Shown here: one piece after another, positions 1 to 9,155 of the stretch
How the letters are laid out: the number at the start of each line of letters is the position of its first letter
How positions within the stretch are numbered: position 1 is the first letter of the stretch
NCBI RefSeq assembly: GCF_000354175.2
Contig: NC_022359.1
Span: forward strand, 150,001 to 182,000
From: Vibrio alginolyticus NBRC 15630 = ATCC 17749
GTDB lineage: Bacteria > Pseudomonadota > Gammaproteobacteria > Enterobacterales > Vibrionaceae
DNA: 32,000 nt
Reading direction: 5' to 3'
The notes under the pieces: model-generated
Databases searched by the model: none
Told to the model about the DNA's origin: nothing
The model's input: only the letters and a program-made list of their open reading frames with translations
Program-made: the position numbers and the translations under genes

Positions 1-1288
1 GGAGTAATTGGTAAGTTCGGTAATCACCAAATAAGATGATTTTGATATCAAGCGGAATCGGTTCAGGATCGAGTGATACCGCCCCCGTCAATGTGACTTC
101 TTTTTCTAGAGACGTAAAACTCAATTGACGAGCACGCAATGCGCGCTTCAAACCATCCCAAACGTAAGGCTGTTCAAGTACTTTCTGAGCATCCATTAAT
201 AGAACGCCGCCATTCGCCTTATGCAAGCTCCCTGCGCGAATCAGCGAGAAGTCGGTAAACACCGTTCCCTTGAAAGTGGCAGTCTCAATCGACCCGAAGA
301 GTGAATGATAGTTGGGGTTTTCTTCAACAACGATAGGAAATTCGCTGCTTTTACGGCTTACCAAGACGTTCACTTTATAACGACGTGGCAATTTTTTATC
401 CAAGGATGCCGTCGCAATTTCGCCTTGCTCGCCACTTTGGTCAAGGAAGATATCTGCGTTTTCAACAATATCTTTTTGCAGCTCAGTTAAGTAGGTTTTG
501 ATTTCGGAATATTGCGCGTAATCCACTTTGAGTTTTTTGATGAAGTGAGTAATCACATCAAGCGTCACTTCATCATTGAGCTTTTTGATTTTATCGCTGT
601 ATGTCTCTTCCCACTCCGTAAGCTCACGAACCATCGAGCGCAATCGCACTTCGAGTTCATCAATAGCATCGCTGAATTGCTCTTGTTCTTTTTTGCTTAG
701 TACATCAAAAGACTCTTCCGTATGAAGCTCATCACCGTTCATGGCGACAAACTGATAATCCCCCTGTGTAGTCAGTGTTAGGCTGATGCCTTTTTCTTTT
801 GCCTCTCGACTAATACGATCCAGCTCGTTTTGTTGCTTAGCTGCCAATTGATTTTTTAATCGCTCAGCGCGGCTAAAGTACATTTCATTGTCGAATGCTA
901 GGGGTAAAGCATTCAATAATTTGCCCATTAAAGCTTCAATATCAACACGTAGCTTATTTCCGATACCACAAGGCAGCTTTAATACCTTTGGTGTACGGGT
1001 ATCCTCAAAGTTCGCAACGTAACACCAATCAAACAGGGCTGCTGCATCGTGTTGGTGACGATTCAGATAGCGCAAGATCATGGTGCGTTTACCTAGCCCA
1101 TTCTGACCAATGGCGTAGATGTTATACCCTTTCTCTTTGATGGACATCGCAAACTCGACCGCTTTTTGCGCGCGCTCTTGGCCCACGATTTCATCAATTG
1201 GAGGTAACTCCTTGGTCGACTTACATGGCATATTCTCTAGATCTGCTACAGAATATAGCTGCTTAGCTTCCAATCTTAGTATTGCCAT
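1..1288 (-). CDS. Lon-like ATP-dependent protease (YcbZ/LonH-type AAA+ protease), N-terminal 429 codons; the 3' end lies beyond the window start
   Basis: Absent from the ORF track because it runs off the window. Manual reverse translation from the ATG at 1288-1286 (AAGGAAG 5 nt upstream) gives MAILRLEAKQLYSVADLENMPCKSTKELPPIDEIVGQERAQKAVEFAMSIKEKGYNIYAIGQNGLGKRTMILRYLN... The frame stays open to position 1. Walker A is GQNGLGKRT, and the N-terminal layout is typical of Lon-related proteases. Confidence 0.75.
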   Translation of the reverse strand, partial: MAILRLEAKQLYSVADLENMPCKSTKELPPIDEIVGQERAQKAVEFAMSIKEKGYNIYAIGQNGLGKRTMILRYLNRHQHDAAALFDWCYVANFEDTRTPKVLKLPCGIGNKLRVDIEALMGKLLNALPLAFDNEMYFSRAERLKNQLAAKQQNELDRISREAKEKGISLTLTTQGDYQFVAMNGDELHTEESFDVLSKKEQEQFSDAIDELEVRLRSMVRELTEWEETYSDKIKKLNDEVTLDVITHFIKKLKVDYAQYSEIKTYLTELQKDIVENADIFLDQSGEQGEIATASLDKKLPRRYKVNVLVSRKSSEFPIVVEENPNYHSLFGSIETATFKGTVFTDFSLIRAGSLHKANGGVLLMDAQKVLEQPYVWDGLKRALRARQLSFTSLEKEVTLTGAVSLDPEPIPLDIKIILFGDYRTYQLL

Positions 1289-1415
1289 ATCCACTTCCTT
1301 TTTTCTTATTTTCGTCATTTGAGTGTAGAGATTATTTGCTTAATTTTAAGTGATTTACCTTCCACCCTAGATTGATTGGACATTTTATGAACACATAAGT
1401 GATATTAACACGCAC

Positions 1416-1445
1416 TTGCAATTGATAATCAATTTCATTTAATAT
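1416..1445 (+). promoter_or_regulatory. Candidate sigma70 promoter (TTGCAA-N18-TAATAT) with a perfect 15-bp palindromic operator AATTGATAATCAATT in the spacer
   Basis: TTGCAA is at 1416-1421 and TAATAT at 1440-1445. The palindrome AATTGAT-A-ATCAATT is at 1421-1435. The 19-mer GCAATTGATAATCAATTTC (1418-1436) matches the Fur-box consensus GATAATGATAATCATTATC at 13/19 positions. It lies about 30 bp upstream of the 1476 start. Confidence 0.35.
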
Positions 1446-1475
1446 CTAAACAAATCAAATGTTGTGGAGATGGAT

Positions 1476-1973
1476 ATGAATATTGAGCAATGCTGGATGC
1501 GCTACTTAAAAGCGGAGCAACTGATGGAACAAGGCCATTGGCCAGAAGCTCATCGTTTATATGACGACGTGCTCAACAATCTACCCAACCACATTCATTT
1601 AGCGCTAGAAAATGCACAAACTAAACCTTGCCAGTTTGTATGTCTCATTACGGGGCTTAGAGATGCCAGCGTGACGCAATCAGAGATTCTCAACAAACTC
1701 GGCTTACAACATGATGCGTTCTCAATACTCAATCAAACTTACGCGCTATTTCAATTTTTGCAGCTAGAGAGCCATGAACTGATTGAGCGCGTAGGTCACC
1801 TACTTGGTCAACAGAGCGAAGACTTGTTAGCTCACATGGCGGCATTTTGCGCTGCCCAACGTAATGCTCAATGGATGATAGAACTCGAGCACGTAACGCG
1901 CGCGCATGAGCAGTTCTTACATTTGCAAGTAATGAGTTCGGCAAAAGCTTCGCCTTCTCACCTGTATAATTAA
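1476..1973 (+). CDS. Hypothetical protein (165 aa; helical, possibly TPR-like)
   Basis: ORF track 1464..1973. GGAG at 1466-1469 sits 6 nt upstream of the ATG at 1476, so MNIEQCWMRYLKAEQLMEQGHWPEAHRLYDD... is the preferred N-terminus. GTG 1464 and ATG 1470 are alternatives. I recognise no family. Confidence 0.5.
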   Translation: MNIEQCWMRYLKAEQLMEQGHWPEAHRLYDDVLNNLPNHIHLALENAQTKPCQFVCLITGLRDASVTQSEILNKLGLQHDAFSILNQTYALFQFLQLESHELIERVGHLLGQQSEDLLAHMAAFCAAQRNAQWMIELEHVTRAHEQFLHLQVMSSAKASPSHLYN

Positions 1974-2058
1974 TCTAAAGCTCAAGCATTGAGGCCAGCT
2001 AGGTTTGTACTGTCCATTGCTTGAGTATCATTTGCTTTATCAACCACAAGGATCTGTG

Positions 2059-3690
2059 ATGTCTTCTAAAACCATTCTTTCGGTGAACAACCTATCAGTC
2101 AGCTTTACGACAAACGATGGGATCGTCGATGCAGTAAAGAATGTTAGCTTCGATTTAAAAGCAGGCGAGACGCTGTCCATCGTTGGCGAATCTGGCTCTG
2201 GCAAGTCAGTATCAACCAATGCACTGATGAAACTACTGCCAGACAACGCTATTTTGCATGAAAACTCATCCATCATGTTTGAGGGTAGCTCCATCTTGGA
2301 TAAAACAGAGCGTGAAATGCAAAGTATTCGCGGTGATCGCATTGGCATGATTTTTCAAGAGCCGATGACCTCACTAAACCCGTACATGCGGGTGGGTATC
2401 CAAGTCGCTGAGGCCATCATGTGTCACCGCCCGGTCGACAGACGAACAGCAAAAGCAAAGGTGTTAGAGCTGTTTGAATTAGTTCATATGCCAAACCCAG
2501 AAAAAGCGTACAACAAGTACCCACACGAATTTTCTGGTGGTCAATTGCAACGCATCATGATTGCGATGGCACTGATTAACGAGCCCGATATTTTGATCGC
2601 CGACGAACCTACAACAGCGTTGGATGTCACGGTTCAAGCAGAAGTGTTGCACCTGATTAAAGAAATTCAGGCTCAGATGGGCATGGCAATCCTATTTATT
2701 ACTCATGACTTAGGCGTCGTAAAACACTTTGCAGATCGTGTCATTGTGATGTGTAAAGGAGAAGTCGTCGAAGAAGGCGAAACACAAACACTCTTCAAGG
2801 ACCCAAAGCACGAATACACACGTATGCTAATCAATTCGATTCCTAAAGGCAGTAAGGAGCCTATTAGCGAAAGTGCTACGCAGCTGTTAAAGGCTGACGA
2901 TATACGAGTCAAATTCTTGGTAAAGTCGCATTTTATTGCGAGCAAGAATGAGTACTTCGAAGCGGTAAAAGGCATTTCTCTTGAGCTTAAACAAGGAGAG
3001 ACCCTCGGGATCGTTGGGGAGTCCGGTTCAGGTAAGTCTACACTCGGCCGAGCTTTGATAGGTCTACTGCCCTCAACTGGCAAAATAGAATATAAAGGCC
3101 AAGATATGGCCTTGCTGACAAACAAAGAACGTTTTGAGCTGAAAAAAGACGTTCAGATGGTATTCCAAGACCCTTATGGTTCGCTTTCTCCTCGTATGAC
3201 TATCGGCGAGATCATCACTGAAGGATTAACTGTCCACCAGCCAATGTTGAGTAAAAAAGAACGTATGCAGAAAGCACGCGACGTGCTTCGAGAGGTTCGC
3301 TTAGATCCCGCGTCCATCAACCGTTATCCACACGAGTTTTCGGGAGGCCAGCGTCAGCGTATTGCTATCGCGCGAGCACTAATTCTTGAGCCTTCGTTTA
3401 TTTTGCTTGATGAGCCAACCTCTGCATTGGACCGCTCGGTTCAACTGACTGTGATTGATCTCCTGAAAGACTTGCAGAAAAAACACAATATTGGCTACTT
3501 GTTTATTAGCCACGATCTATCAGTAGTTAAAGCACTCTCTGATCGTGTTCTAGTCATGCAAAAGGGCGAGGTCATGGAACAAGGTACGGCCGAAAAGATT
3601 TTCCAAAACCCTAAAAATGACTACACGAAAAAACTGATAGATGCCTCATTTGATCTTGAAAACAGTGAAAATCAGCACAATGCGGCTTAG
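2059..3690 (+). CDS. ABC transporter ATP-binding protein with two fused ATPase domains (oligopeptide/dipeptide DppD-DppF / YejF-like)
   Basis: Two full motif sets are present: Walker A GESGSGKS (twice), signatures FSGGQLQR and FSGGQRQR, Walker B ILIADEPT and FILLDEPT. The preferred start is ATG 2059 (MSSKTILSVNNLSVSF, AAGGA at 2048-2052) rather than the track start at 2005. Confidence 0.9.
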   Translation: MSSKTILSVNNLSVSFTTNDGIVDAVKNVSFDLKAGETLSIVGESGSGKSVSTNALMKLLPDNAILHENSSIMFEGSSILDKTEREMQSIRGDRIGMIFQEPMTSLNPYMRVGIQVAEAIMCHRPVDRRTAKAKVLELFELVHMPNPEKAYNKYPHEFSGGQLQRIMIAMALINEPDILIADEPTTALDVTVQAEVLHLIKEIQAQMGMAILFITHDLGVVKHFADRVIVMCKGEVVEEGETQTLFKDPKHEYTRMLINSIPKGSKEPISESATQLLKADDIRVKFLVKSHFIASKNEYFEAVKGISLELKQGETLGIVGESGSGKSTLGRALIGLLPSTGKIEYKGQDMALLTNKERFELKKDVQMVFQDPYGSLSPRMTIGEIITEGLTVHQPMLSKKERMQKARDVLREVRLDPASINRYPHEFSGGQRQRIAIARALILEPSFILLDEPTSALDRSVQLTVIDLLKDLQKKHNIGYLFISHDLSVVKALSDRVLVMQKGEVMEQGTAEKIFQNPKNDYTKKLIDASFDLENSENQHNAA

Positions 3691-3870
3691 GTTCATCACA
3701 GTTTCATATTCATAAACTAGGATTAAGAAAAGGTGATAAATTCATCTTGTCTTAAGAATGGCGTAGCTGCCTTTCGGTTTGGCCGCCGAGACTGGTTGGT
3801 TCAAGAGTCAGACTTAGTCAACCTGGCTCAAATACTGGCAAACAGTATGAATTGAGTTCCCCCAACCATG

Positions 3871-3904
3871 AAAAATGCCGCGACACTGTCGCGGCATTTT
3901 TTTA
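3871..3904. terminator. Rho-independent, probably bidirectional terminator between convergent genes
   Basis: AAAAA-TGCCGCGAC-act-GTCGCGGCA-TTTTTTT: a 9-bp GC-rich stem (3876-3884 / 3888-3896) flanked by an A-run and a T-run. Confidence 0.75.
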
Positions 3905-3932
3905 TTCTCAGAAGTTTCTAACAACTAGGGCA

Positions 3933-5966
3933 TTAAATTGACTCAATACCCATATTATGTAACGTAAATGCATACACGTCTGTGGTGAGGTCAATTTGCT
4001 TACTCAGCGGCATTCCTGCACCATGACCGGCATTAACATCAATGCGTATCAATACTGGATTAGAGCCTTGCTGTTTGTCTTGCAGCTTCGCAATAAATTT
4101 GTACGAATGTGCTGGCACAACTCGGTCGTCGTGATCAGCAGTTGTCACCAAGGTAGCAGGATATTGCACGCCTTCTTTTACATTGTGAACAGGAGAGTAA
4201 CCAAGCAAGTATTGGAACATCGCTTCACTTTGCTCCGACGTGCCATAGTCATACTTCCAGCCTTCTCCAGAAGTAAACGTGTGATAACGCAGCATATCAA
4301 GCACGCCAACCGCAGGCAGCGCGACTTTGAATAGTTCAGGGCGTTGCGTCATACACGCTCCAACTAACAAACCACCATTAGAACCACCGCGAATCGCTAG
4401 GCGATCCGAGCTAGTGTAGTCGTTTTCAATCAGGTATTCCGCCGCCGCAATAAAGTCATCAAACACGTTTTGCTTTTGCTGCTGAGTGCCTGCGTTGTGC
4501 CAGGCTTTACCGTATTCACCGCCGCCTCGCATGTTGGCGACAGCGTATATACCACCCAACTCTAGCCAGTTGGCTACATTGCCAGAAAACATTGGAGTAA
4601 GGCTGATGTTAAAACCGCCGTAACCATACAACATGGTTGGTGCTCTACCATCAAGTGCAATGCCCTTCTTGTATGAAATGATCATCGGAACTTGCGTGCC
4701 GTCTTTTGAGGTGTAAAACACCTGTTTTGATTCATACTCATTACGATCGAACGGTGCCTTTGATTCCTGAAACAGTGTCGATTCACCAGATTCGACATCA
4801 AATGAGAAGATCGTCGGAGGCGTCACGTAGTTAGTGAATGTGTAATAAAGTGTGGTTTCTTCTTTTTTACCCGCCAGACCATAAGCCGTGCCTTCTCCCA
4901 GCAATTGTACATCTCGAATCCACTCACCTTGGTAGTTAAACTGCTGCACTTTAGAAAGCACATCTACCATATAAGTCGCAAACAGATAACCGCCACCTTT
5001 GCTGATTTCTAACGGCTGTTCTTGTTCAGCAATCACGTCAGCCCATTGTTCTGTCTGAGTGTTGTAGCTGACAACTTTGCCGTTCGGCGCATCTAGGTTG
5101 GTGTAAAGCAGCAAGGTCTCGTCTTGACTATCAATCAAGTAGGTGTCGCCTTGCGTTGTATCGCGCAGCGTCACAATTGCTTGGGAGTCAGACTGTAAAT
5201 CGATATAAAACAGACGATTACCCGATGTAGATTCTGCGCCAGAGATAATAAGGAAGCGATCATCTGTCGTCGTCGTACCAGACACATAACGATGAACTTG
5301 CGTATCCAACTCACCAAAAATCACTTTATCTTCAGATTGAGGGGTACCAAGTTCATGATAATAAAGCTTGTGATGCTCAGTTCGAGCAGACAACTCGCTG
5401 CCTTGCGGCTTATCGTAGCTTGAGTAATAGAAGCCTTTGCTGCCCAGCCAAGAAATCGACGTAAACTTCGCATCAACAATCTCAGGCTCTAACTGTTCTT
5501 TGGTTTCCGTATCAATGACAAAGATCTTACGCCAATCACTACCCCCTTCTGAGATGGAATACGCGACCAAACGGTAGTCTTTAGAGAAGCTGACTTCGCC
5601 AAGAGAGGTCGTGCCCTCTTCGGAGAAAGTATTTGGATCAAGGAAAACCTCGGCTTCTCCCTCGCCTTTACGCCGATACAATACGCTTTGGTTTTGCAAA
5701 CCGTCGTTTTTGTAGAAGTAGGTGTAGTCACCACGTACAAATGGCTGGGAATATTTTTCGTAGTTTTGACTGTTCGCCACTAAGTCACGGATTTGTTGGC
5801 GGTACGGTATCTGACCAAGGAAATCGAAGGTGACCGAATTTTGACCCGAAACCCATTGTGCGGTTTCTTCACTGCGATCATCTTCTAACCAGCGATAAGG
5901 GTCGGCAATGTCGTGACCAAAATAAGTGTCCACGACAGAATCTTTACGTGTTTTTGGGTAATGCAT
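3933..5966 (-). CDS. Prolyl oligopeptidase (prolyl endopeptidase, peptidase S9A)
   Basis: 677 aa. N-terminus is YPKTRKDSVVDTYFGHDIADPYRWLEDD. It has the beta-propeller plus alpha/beta-hydrolase layout and the catalytic motifs GGSNGG (Ser), DHDDRV (Asp) and AGHGAG (His). No signal peptide. Confidence 0.9.
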   Translation of the reverse strand: MHYPKTRKDSVVDTYFGHDIADPYRWLEDDRSEETAQWVSGQNSVTFDFLGQIPYRQQIRDLVANSQNYEKYSQPFVRGDYTYFYKNDGLQNQSVLYRRKGEGEAEVFLDPNTFSEEGTTSLGEVSFSKDYRLVAYSISEGGSDWRKIFVIDTETKEQLEPEIVDAKFTSISWLGSKGFYYSSYDKPQGSELSARTEHHKLYYHELGTPQSEDKVIFGELDTQVHRYVSGTTTTDDRFLIISGAESTSGNRLFYIDLQSDSQAIVTLRDTTQGDTYLIDSQDETLLLYTNLDAPNGKVVSYNTQTEQWADVIAEQEQPLEISKGGGYLFATYMVDVLSKVQQFNYQGEWIRDVQLLGEGTAYGLAGKKEETTLYYTFTNYVTPPTIFSFDVESGESTLFQESKAPFDRNEYESKQVFYTSKDGTQVPMIISYKKGIALDGRAPTMLYGYGGFNISLTPMFSGNVANWLELGGIYAVANMRGGGEYGKAWHNAGTQQQKQNVFDDFIAAAEYLIENDYTSSDRLAIRGGSNGGLLVGACMTQRPELFKVALPAVGVLDMLRYHTFTSGEGWKYDYGTSEQSEAMFQYLLGYSPVHNVKEGVQYPATLVTTADHDDRVVPAHSYKFIAKLQDKQQGSNPVLIRIDVNAGHGAGMPLSKQIDLTTDVYAFTLHNMGIESI

Positions 5967-6086
5967 AACGTCCGTGTTACTCCGTTGTTTTTATTAAGTT
6001 GTTTATCTTCAATCGTTTTATTGCGGTGATTACCTTAGAGCACCCAATTTTGATTTCAACGACATTGTTTTAAATCTATGAAGAAC

Positions 6087-6986
6087 CTAGAAATAATGAG
6101 ATATCGTTAAGTACCGGTCACGAATGTGCTCAATAAGCAGCTTCACTTTGTTCGGTGGTTGACGAGTAAACGGATACACCGCGTAGATACCCAACTTTTT
6201 ACCTACTAATTCAGGAAAAATATCCACCAGTTGACCATTACGAATATCGTGATACACCAAGCAGCGCGGGACGTAAGCAATACCATGGCCGCCCAGAGCG
6301 GCTTTACGTAATGCGGTCGCGTTATCAGTAGAAAAGCAGCCCGATACTTTGACGATGTAATTGCCATCTTCTCCTTTAAACTCCCAATCCGTTGCACCTG
6401 TGGTTTGGTAAGCGTATTGCAGACAATTGTGCGTGGTGAGATCAATCGGCTCGATCGGTTTCCCATTTTTCGCAATATAAGAAGGTGACGCGCATACCAC
6501 CCATTGGGAATCGAGAATATGTCGTGCGATCAAACTGGAGTCGGCTAGGTAGCCAGTTCGAATGACTAAATCGTAACCATCAGCCACTAAATCGACAAAG
6601 CGATTATCCAATGACATATCCACGGTCAGACCCGGATGAAGGTTACAAAATTCGGCAACAGCATCAGCAAGTATCAAATCTCCAGAGATACACGGCACGG
6701 ACATTTTTATATGACCGCTCACATTCTCTCCAAAGCCTGCAACAGCATCCATAGCCTCCTGAGTGGCCTGCTTCACATTTTTAGCACTGTGGAGTAACAC
6801 CTTACCTGCCTCGGTCAAGGTTAATTTGCGCGTTGTTCGATATAATAGCTGAGCCCCTATTTCTTCCTCCAACCTCGCCATTCTTTTGCTAACTACCGAA
6901 TTTGTAAGGTTATTTGCCTCTGCAACCTTACTAAAGCTGCCAAGTTCGATTACTTGAGAAAATAGGATTAAGTCGTCTGCTCTCAT
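6087..6986 (-). CDS. LysR-family transcriptional regulator, divergent from the lactate genes
   Basis: 299 aa. N-terminal wHTH is LILFSQVIELGSFSKVAEANNLTNSVVSKRMARLEEEIGAQLLYRTTRKLTLTEAG, followed by a C-terminal LysR substrate-binding fold. Confidence 0.9.
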   Translation of the reverse strand: MRADDLILFSQVIELGSFSKVAEANNLTNSVVSKRMARLEEEIGAQLLYRTTRKLTLTEAGKVLLHSAKNVKQATQEAMDAVAGFGENVSGHIKMSVPCISGDLILADAVAEFCNLHPGLTVDMSLDNRFVDLVADGYDLVIRTGYLADSSLIARHILDSQWVVCASPSYIAKNGKPIEPIDLTTHNCLQYAYQTTGATDWEFKGEDGNYIVKVSGCFSTDNATALRKAALGGHGIAYVPRCLVYHDIRNGQLVDIFPELVGKKLGIYAVYPFTRQPPNKVKLLIEHIRDRYLTISHYF

Positions 6987-7148
6987 ACCATTATGTCACT
7001 TTTGGAATTAATTATTTTCATTATTTCCCTATATCAACAAAAAATAAAGGAGTAAATTCACGCCAAATTAACAAAACCATTACAACAAAAAGTCACCTCT
7101 ACAGCGGATTGACACCGTTCGAGAAGTCAGCGTACGAAGGATGTACAA

Positions 7149-8840
7149 ATGAGTGAAACCCTACTTGCCCTAGTGGCATTTTCGCCAATTGTTGTTGCCG
7201 CCATCTTATTGGTTGGTCTCAACTGGCCTGCTAAAAAAGCCATGCCTGTTGCGTTCGGTCTAACCGTCGCTATCGCACTTATGTTTTGGGATATGTCAGC
7301 CAATCGCGTACTGGCTTCCGTATTCCAAGGACTCGGCATTACTGTCTCTGTTCTATGGATCGTGTTTGGTGCCATCTTCTTGCTCAACACTTTAAAACAC
7401 ACTGGAGCGATCACCACAATCCGTAATGGATTTACCGATATTTCGGCTGACCGCCGTGTACAAGCCATCATCATTGCTTGGTGCTTTGGCTCGTTCATTG
7501 AGGGCGCATCTGGGTTCGGTACCCCGGCAGCAATCGCTGCACCACTACTGGTTGCAATCGGCTTCCCTGCGCTAGCCGCTGTCCTTATGGGCATGATGAT
7601 TCAGTCTACGCCTGTTTCATTCGGCGCGGTAGGCACGCCTATCATCGTAGGTGTAAACAAAGGTTTAGACACGCATAACATCAGTGAGTCGTTGGCCGCA
7701 CAAGGTGCAACGTGGGAAATGTACCTGCAAGATATCACAGCTCACGTTGCTGTCATTCACGCAGTCGTAGGTACGATGATCCCGGTATTAATGGCGATGA
7801 TGTTAACACGTTTCTTCGGCAAGAACAGAAGCTGGAGTGAAGGCCTGGATATTCTACCATTTGCGTTATTCGCTGGTGTCTCTTTCACCGTTCCATACGC
7901 GTTAACCGGCGTATTCTTGGGCGCAGAGTTCCCTTCACTTATCGGTGGTTTGGTTGGTCTGTCTATCGTTGTTACCGCAGCGAAAAAAGGCTTCTTAGTA
8001 CCAAAGACTAAGTGGGATTTCGAAAGCGAAGACAAATGGCCTGCAGAGTGGTTAGGTTCGCTAAAAGTCGATCTAAACGACAATCCGGGCAAGCCAATGA
8101 GCATCGTAAAAGCTTGGGTTCCATATGTAATGCTGGCAGTTATTCTCGTCGCAAGCCGCGTTAGCCCTGAGCTGAAAGGCTTTGTACAAAGCGTAAGTTT
8201 GTCGTTCAGCAACATTCTTGGTGAGACTGGCGTTAGCGCTGCGATTCAGCCGTTATACCTTCCTGGTGGCATTCTGGTGTTTGTCGCACTACTTGCTGCA
8301 ATGTTACAAAGCGGCAGCGTAAAGCCATTGCGTGAAGCATTTGGCGAGTCAAGCAAAACACTGATTGGGGCGGGTTTTGTCTTGGTATTTACCATTCCGA
8401 TGGTTCGTATCTTTATCAACTCAGGCATCAACGGTGCTGACCTAGCAAGTATGCCCGTCACAACCGCAAACTTCGCCTCTGACCTTGTTGGTTCTGCGTT
8501 CCCAGCGCTGAGTGCCACCGTTGGTGCACTGGGTGCGTTCATCGCTGGCTCAAACACGGTATCAAATATGATGTTCAGCCAGTTCCAATTCGAAGTGGCA
8601 CAAACGTTGTCTATTTCGAGCGTGATTGTTGTATCACTCCAAGCCGTCGGTGCTGCCGCAGGTAACATGATTGCGATTCACAACGTTGTTGCCGCATCAG
8701 CCACGGTAGGTTTGCTTGGTCGAGAAGGCGCAACATTGCGTAAGACGATTATCCCTACGTTCTACTACATTGTAATGACAGGCATTATTGGATTGGTGCT
8801 GATTTATGGCTTCCAAATGACAGATGTCTTAATGAAGTAA
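7149..8840 (+). CDS. lldP: L-lactate permease (LctP family)
   Basis: 563 aa polytopic membrane protein of LctP-family size and composition, directly upstream of lldD. Confidence 0.8.
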   Translation: MSETLLALVAFSPIVVAAILLVGLNWPAKKAMPVAFGLTVAIALMFWDMSANRVLASVFQGLGITVSVLWIVFGAIFLLNTLKHTGAITTIRNGFTDISADRRVQAIIIAWCFGSFIEGASGFGTPAAIAAPLLVAIGFPALAAVLMGMMIQSTPVSFGAVGTPIIVGVNKGLDTHNISESLAAQGATWEMYLQDITAHVAVIHAVVGTMIPVLMAMMLTRFFGKNRSWSEGLDILPFALFAGVSFTVPYALTGVFLGAEFPSLIGGLVGLSIVVTAAKKGFLVPKTKWDFESEDKWPAEWLGSLKVDLNDNPGKPMSIVKAWVPYVMLAVILVASRVSPELKGFVQSVSLSFSNILGETGVSAAIQPLYLPGGILVFVALLAAMLQSGSVKPLREAFGESSKTLIGAGFVLVFTIPMVRIFINSGINGADLASMPVTTANFASDLVGSAFPALSATVGALGAFIAGSNTVSNMMFSQFQFEVAQTLSISSVIVVSLQAVGAAAGNMIAIHNVVAASATVGLLGREGATLRKTIIPTFYYIVMTGIIGLVLIYGFQMTDVLMK

Positions 8841-8873
8841 CGCGAAATGCAGGGTTTACAGCCCTGCCTAATT

Positions 8874-8948
8874 TGACACAGCTGTCTGCACTACTACCCC
8901 GACATGTTGATTTAGCTTGCTACATCAATTCCCCCGACAGCTGTGTCA
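8874..8948. repeat. Perfect 13-bp inverted repeat TGACACAGCTGTC / GACAGCTGTGTCA separated by 49 nt, in the lldP-lldD spacer
   Basis: The arms at 8874-8886 and 8936-8948 are exact reverse complements. The interior carries the direct repeat CCCCGACA (8898-8905 and 8932-8939) and a TTGAT/ATCAA hairpin. Confidence 0.8.
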
Positions 8949-9155
8949 CCCTTTCCAGTTTGCATAACTGATTGAGTGATTTAATAAAATTTTTCAACCA
9001 ATTATGTAAATGGGTTACCAACATCACCGATTCAAACGTAAGTGAACCATAGGTAACTATACTCATTTTGATGTCTTCACTGCTTTGCGATGAAGACTCA
9101 ACGAAAGAGCAAATTGCTCCACAACTTTGCTTAGAATAACCGCTAGGACACCATT

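Noticed and set aside
1-1288. Whether the Lon-like protease is a BREX BrxL-type defence component.
   Set aside because: No methyltransferase, PglZ or other BREX or defence genes are visible in the adjacent 3 kb. The N-terminal sequence resembles the housekeeping YcbZ/LonH class. The upstream context is outside the window, so this cannot be fully excluded.
2005-2058. N-terminal extensions proposed by the ORF track: 2005 for the ABC ATPase, 10841 for the XRE protein, 14070 for the tip subunit, 17245 for the chaperone, 18321 for the first pilin, 24509 for ScrB-like, 26005 for ScrA-like and 29269 for the RR.
   Set aside because: In each case an internal ATG is preceded by a good Shine-Dalgarno and yields a canonical N-terminus (signal peptide, Tat motif, receiver domain or ABC start). 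The longer versions lack an RBS and add non-homologous residues or overlap upstream genes.
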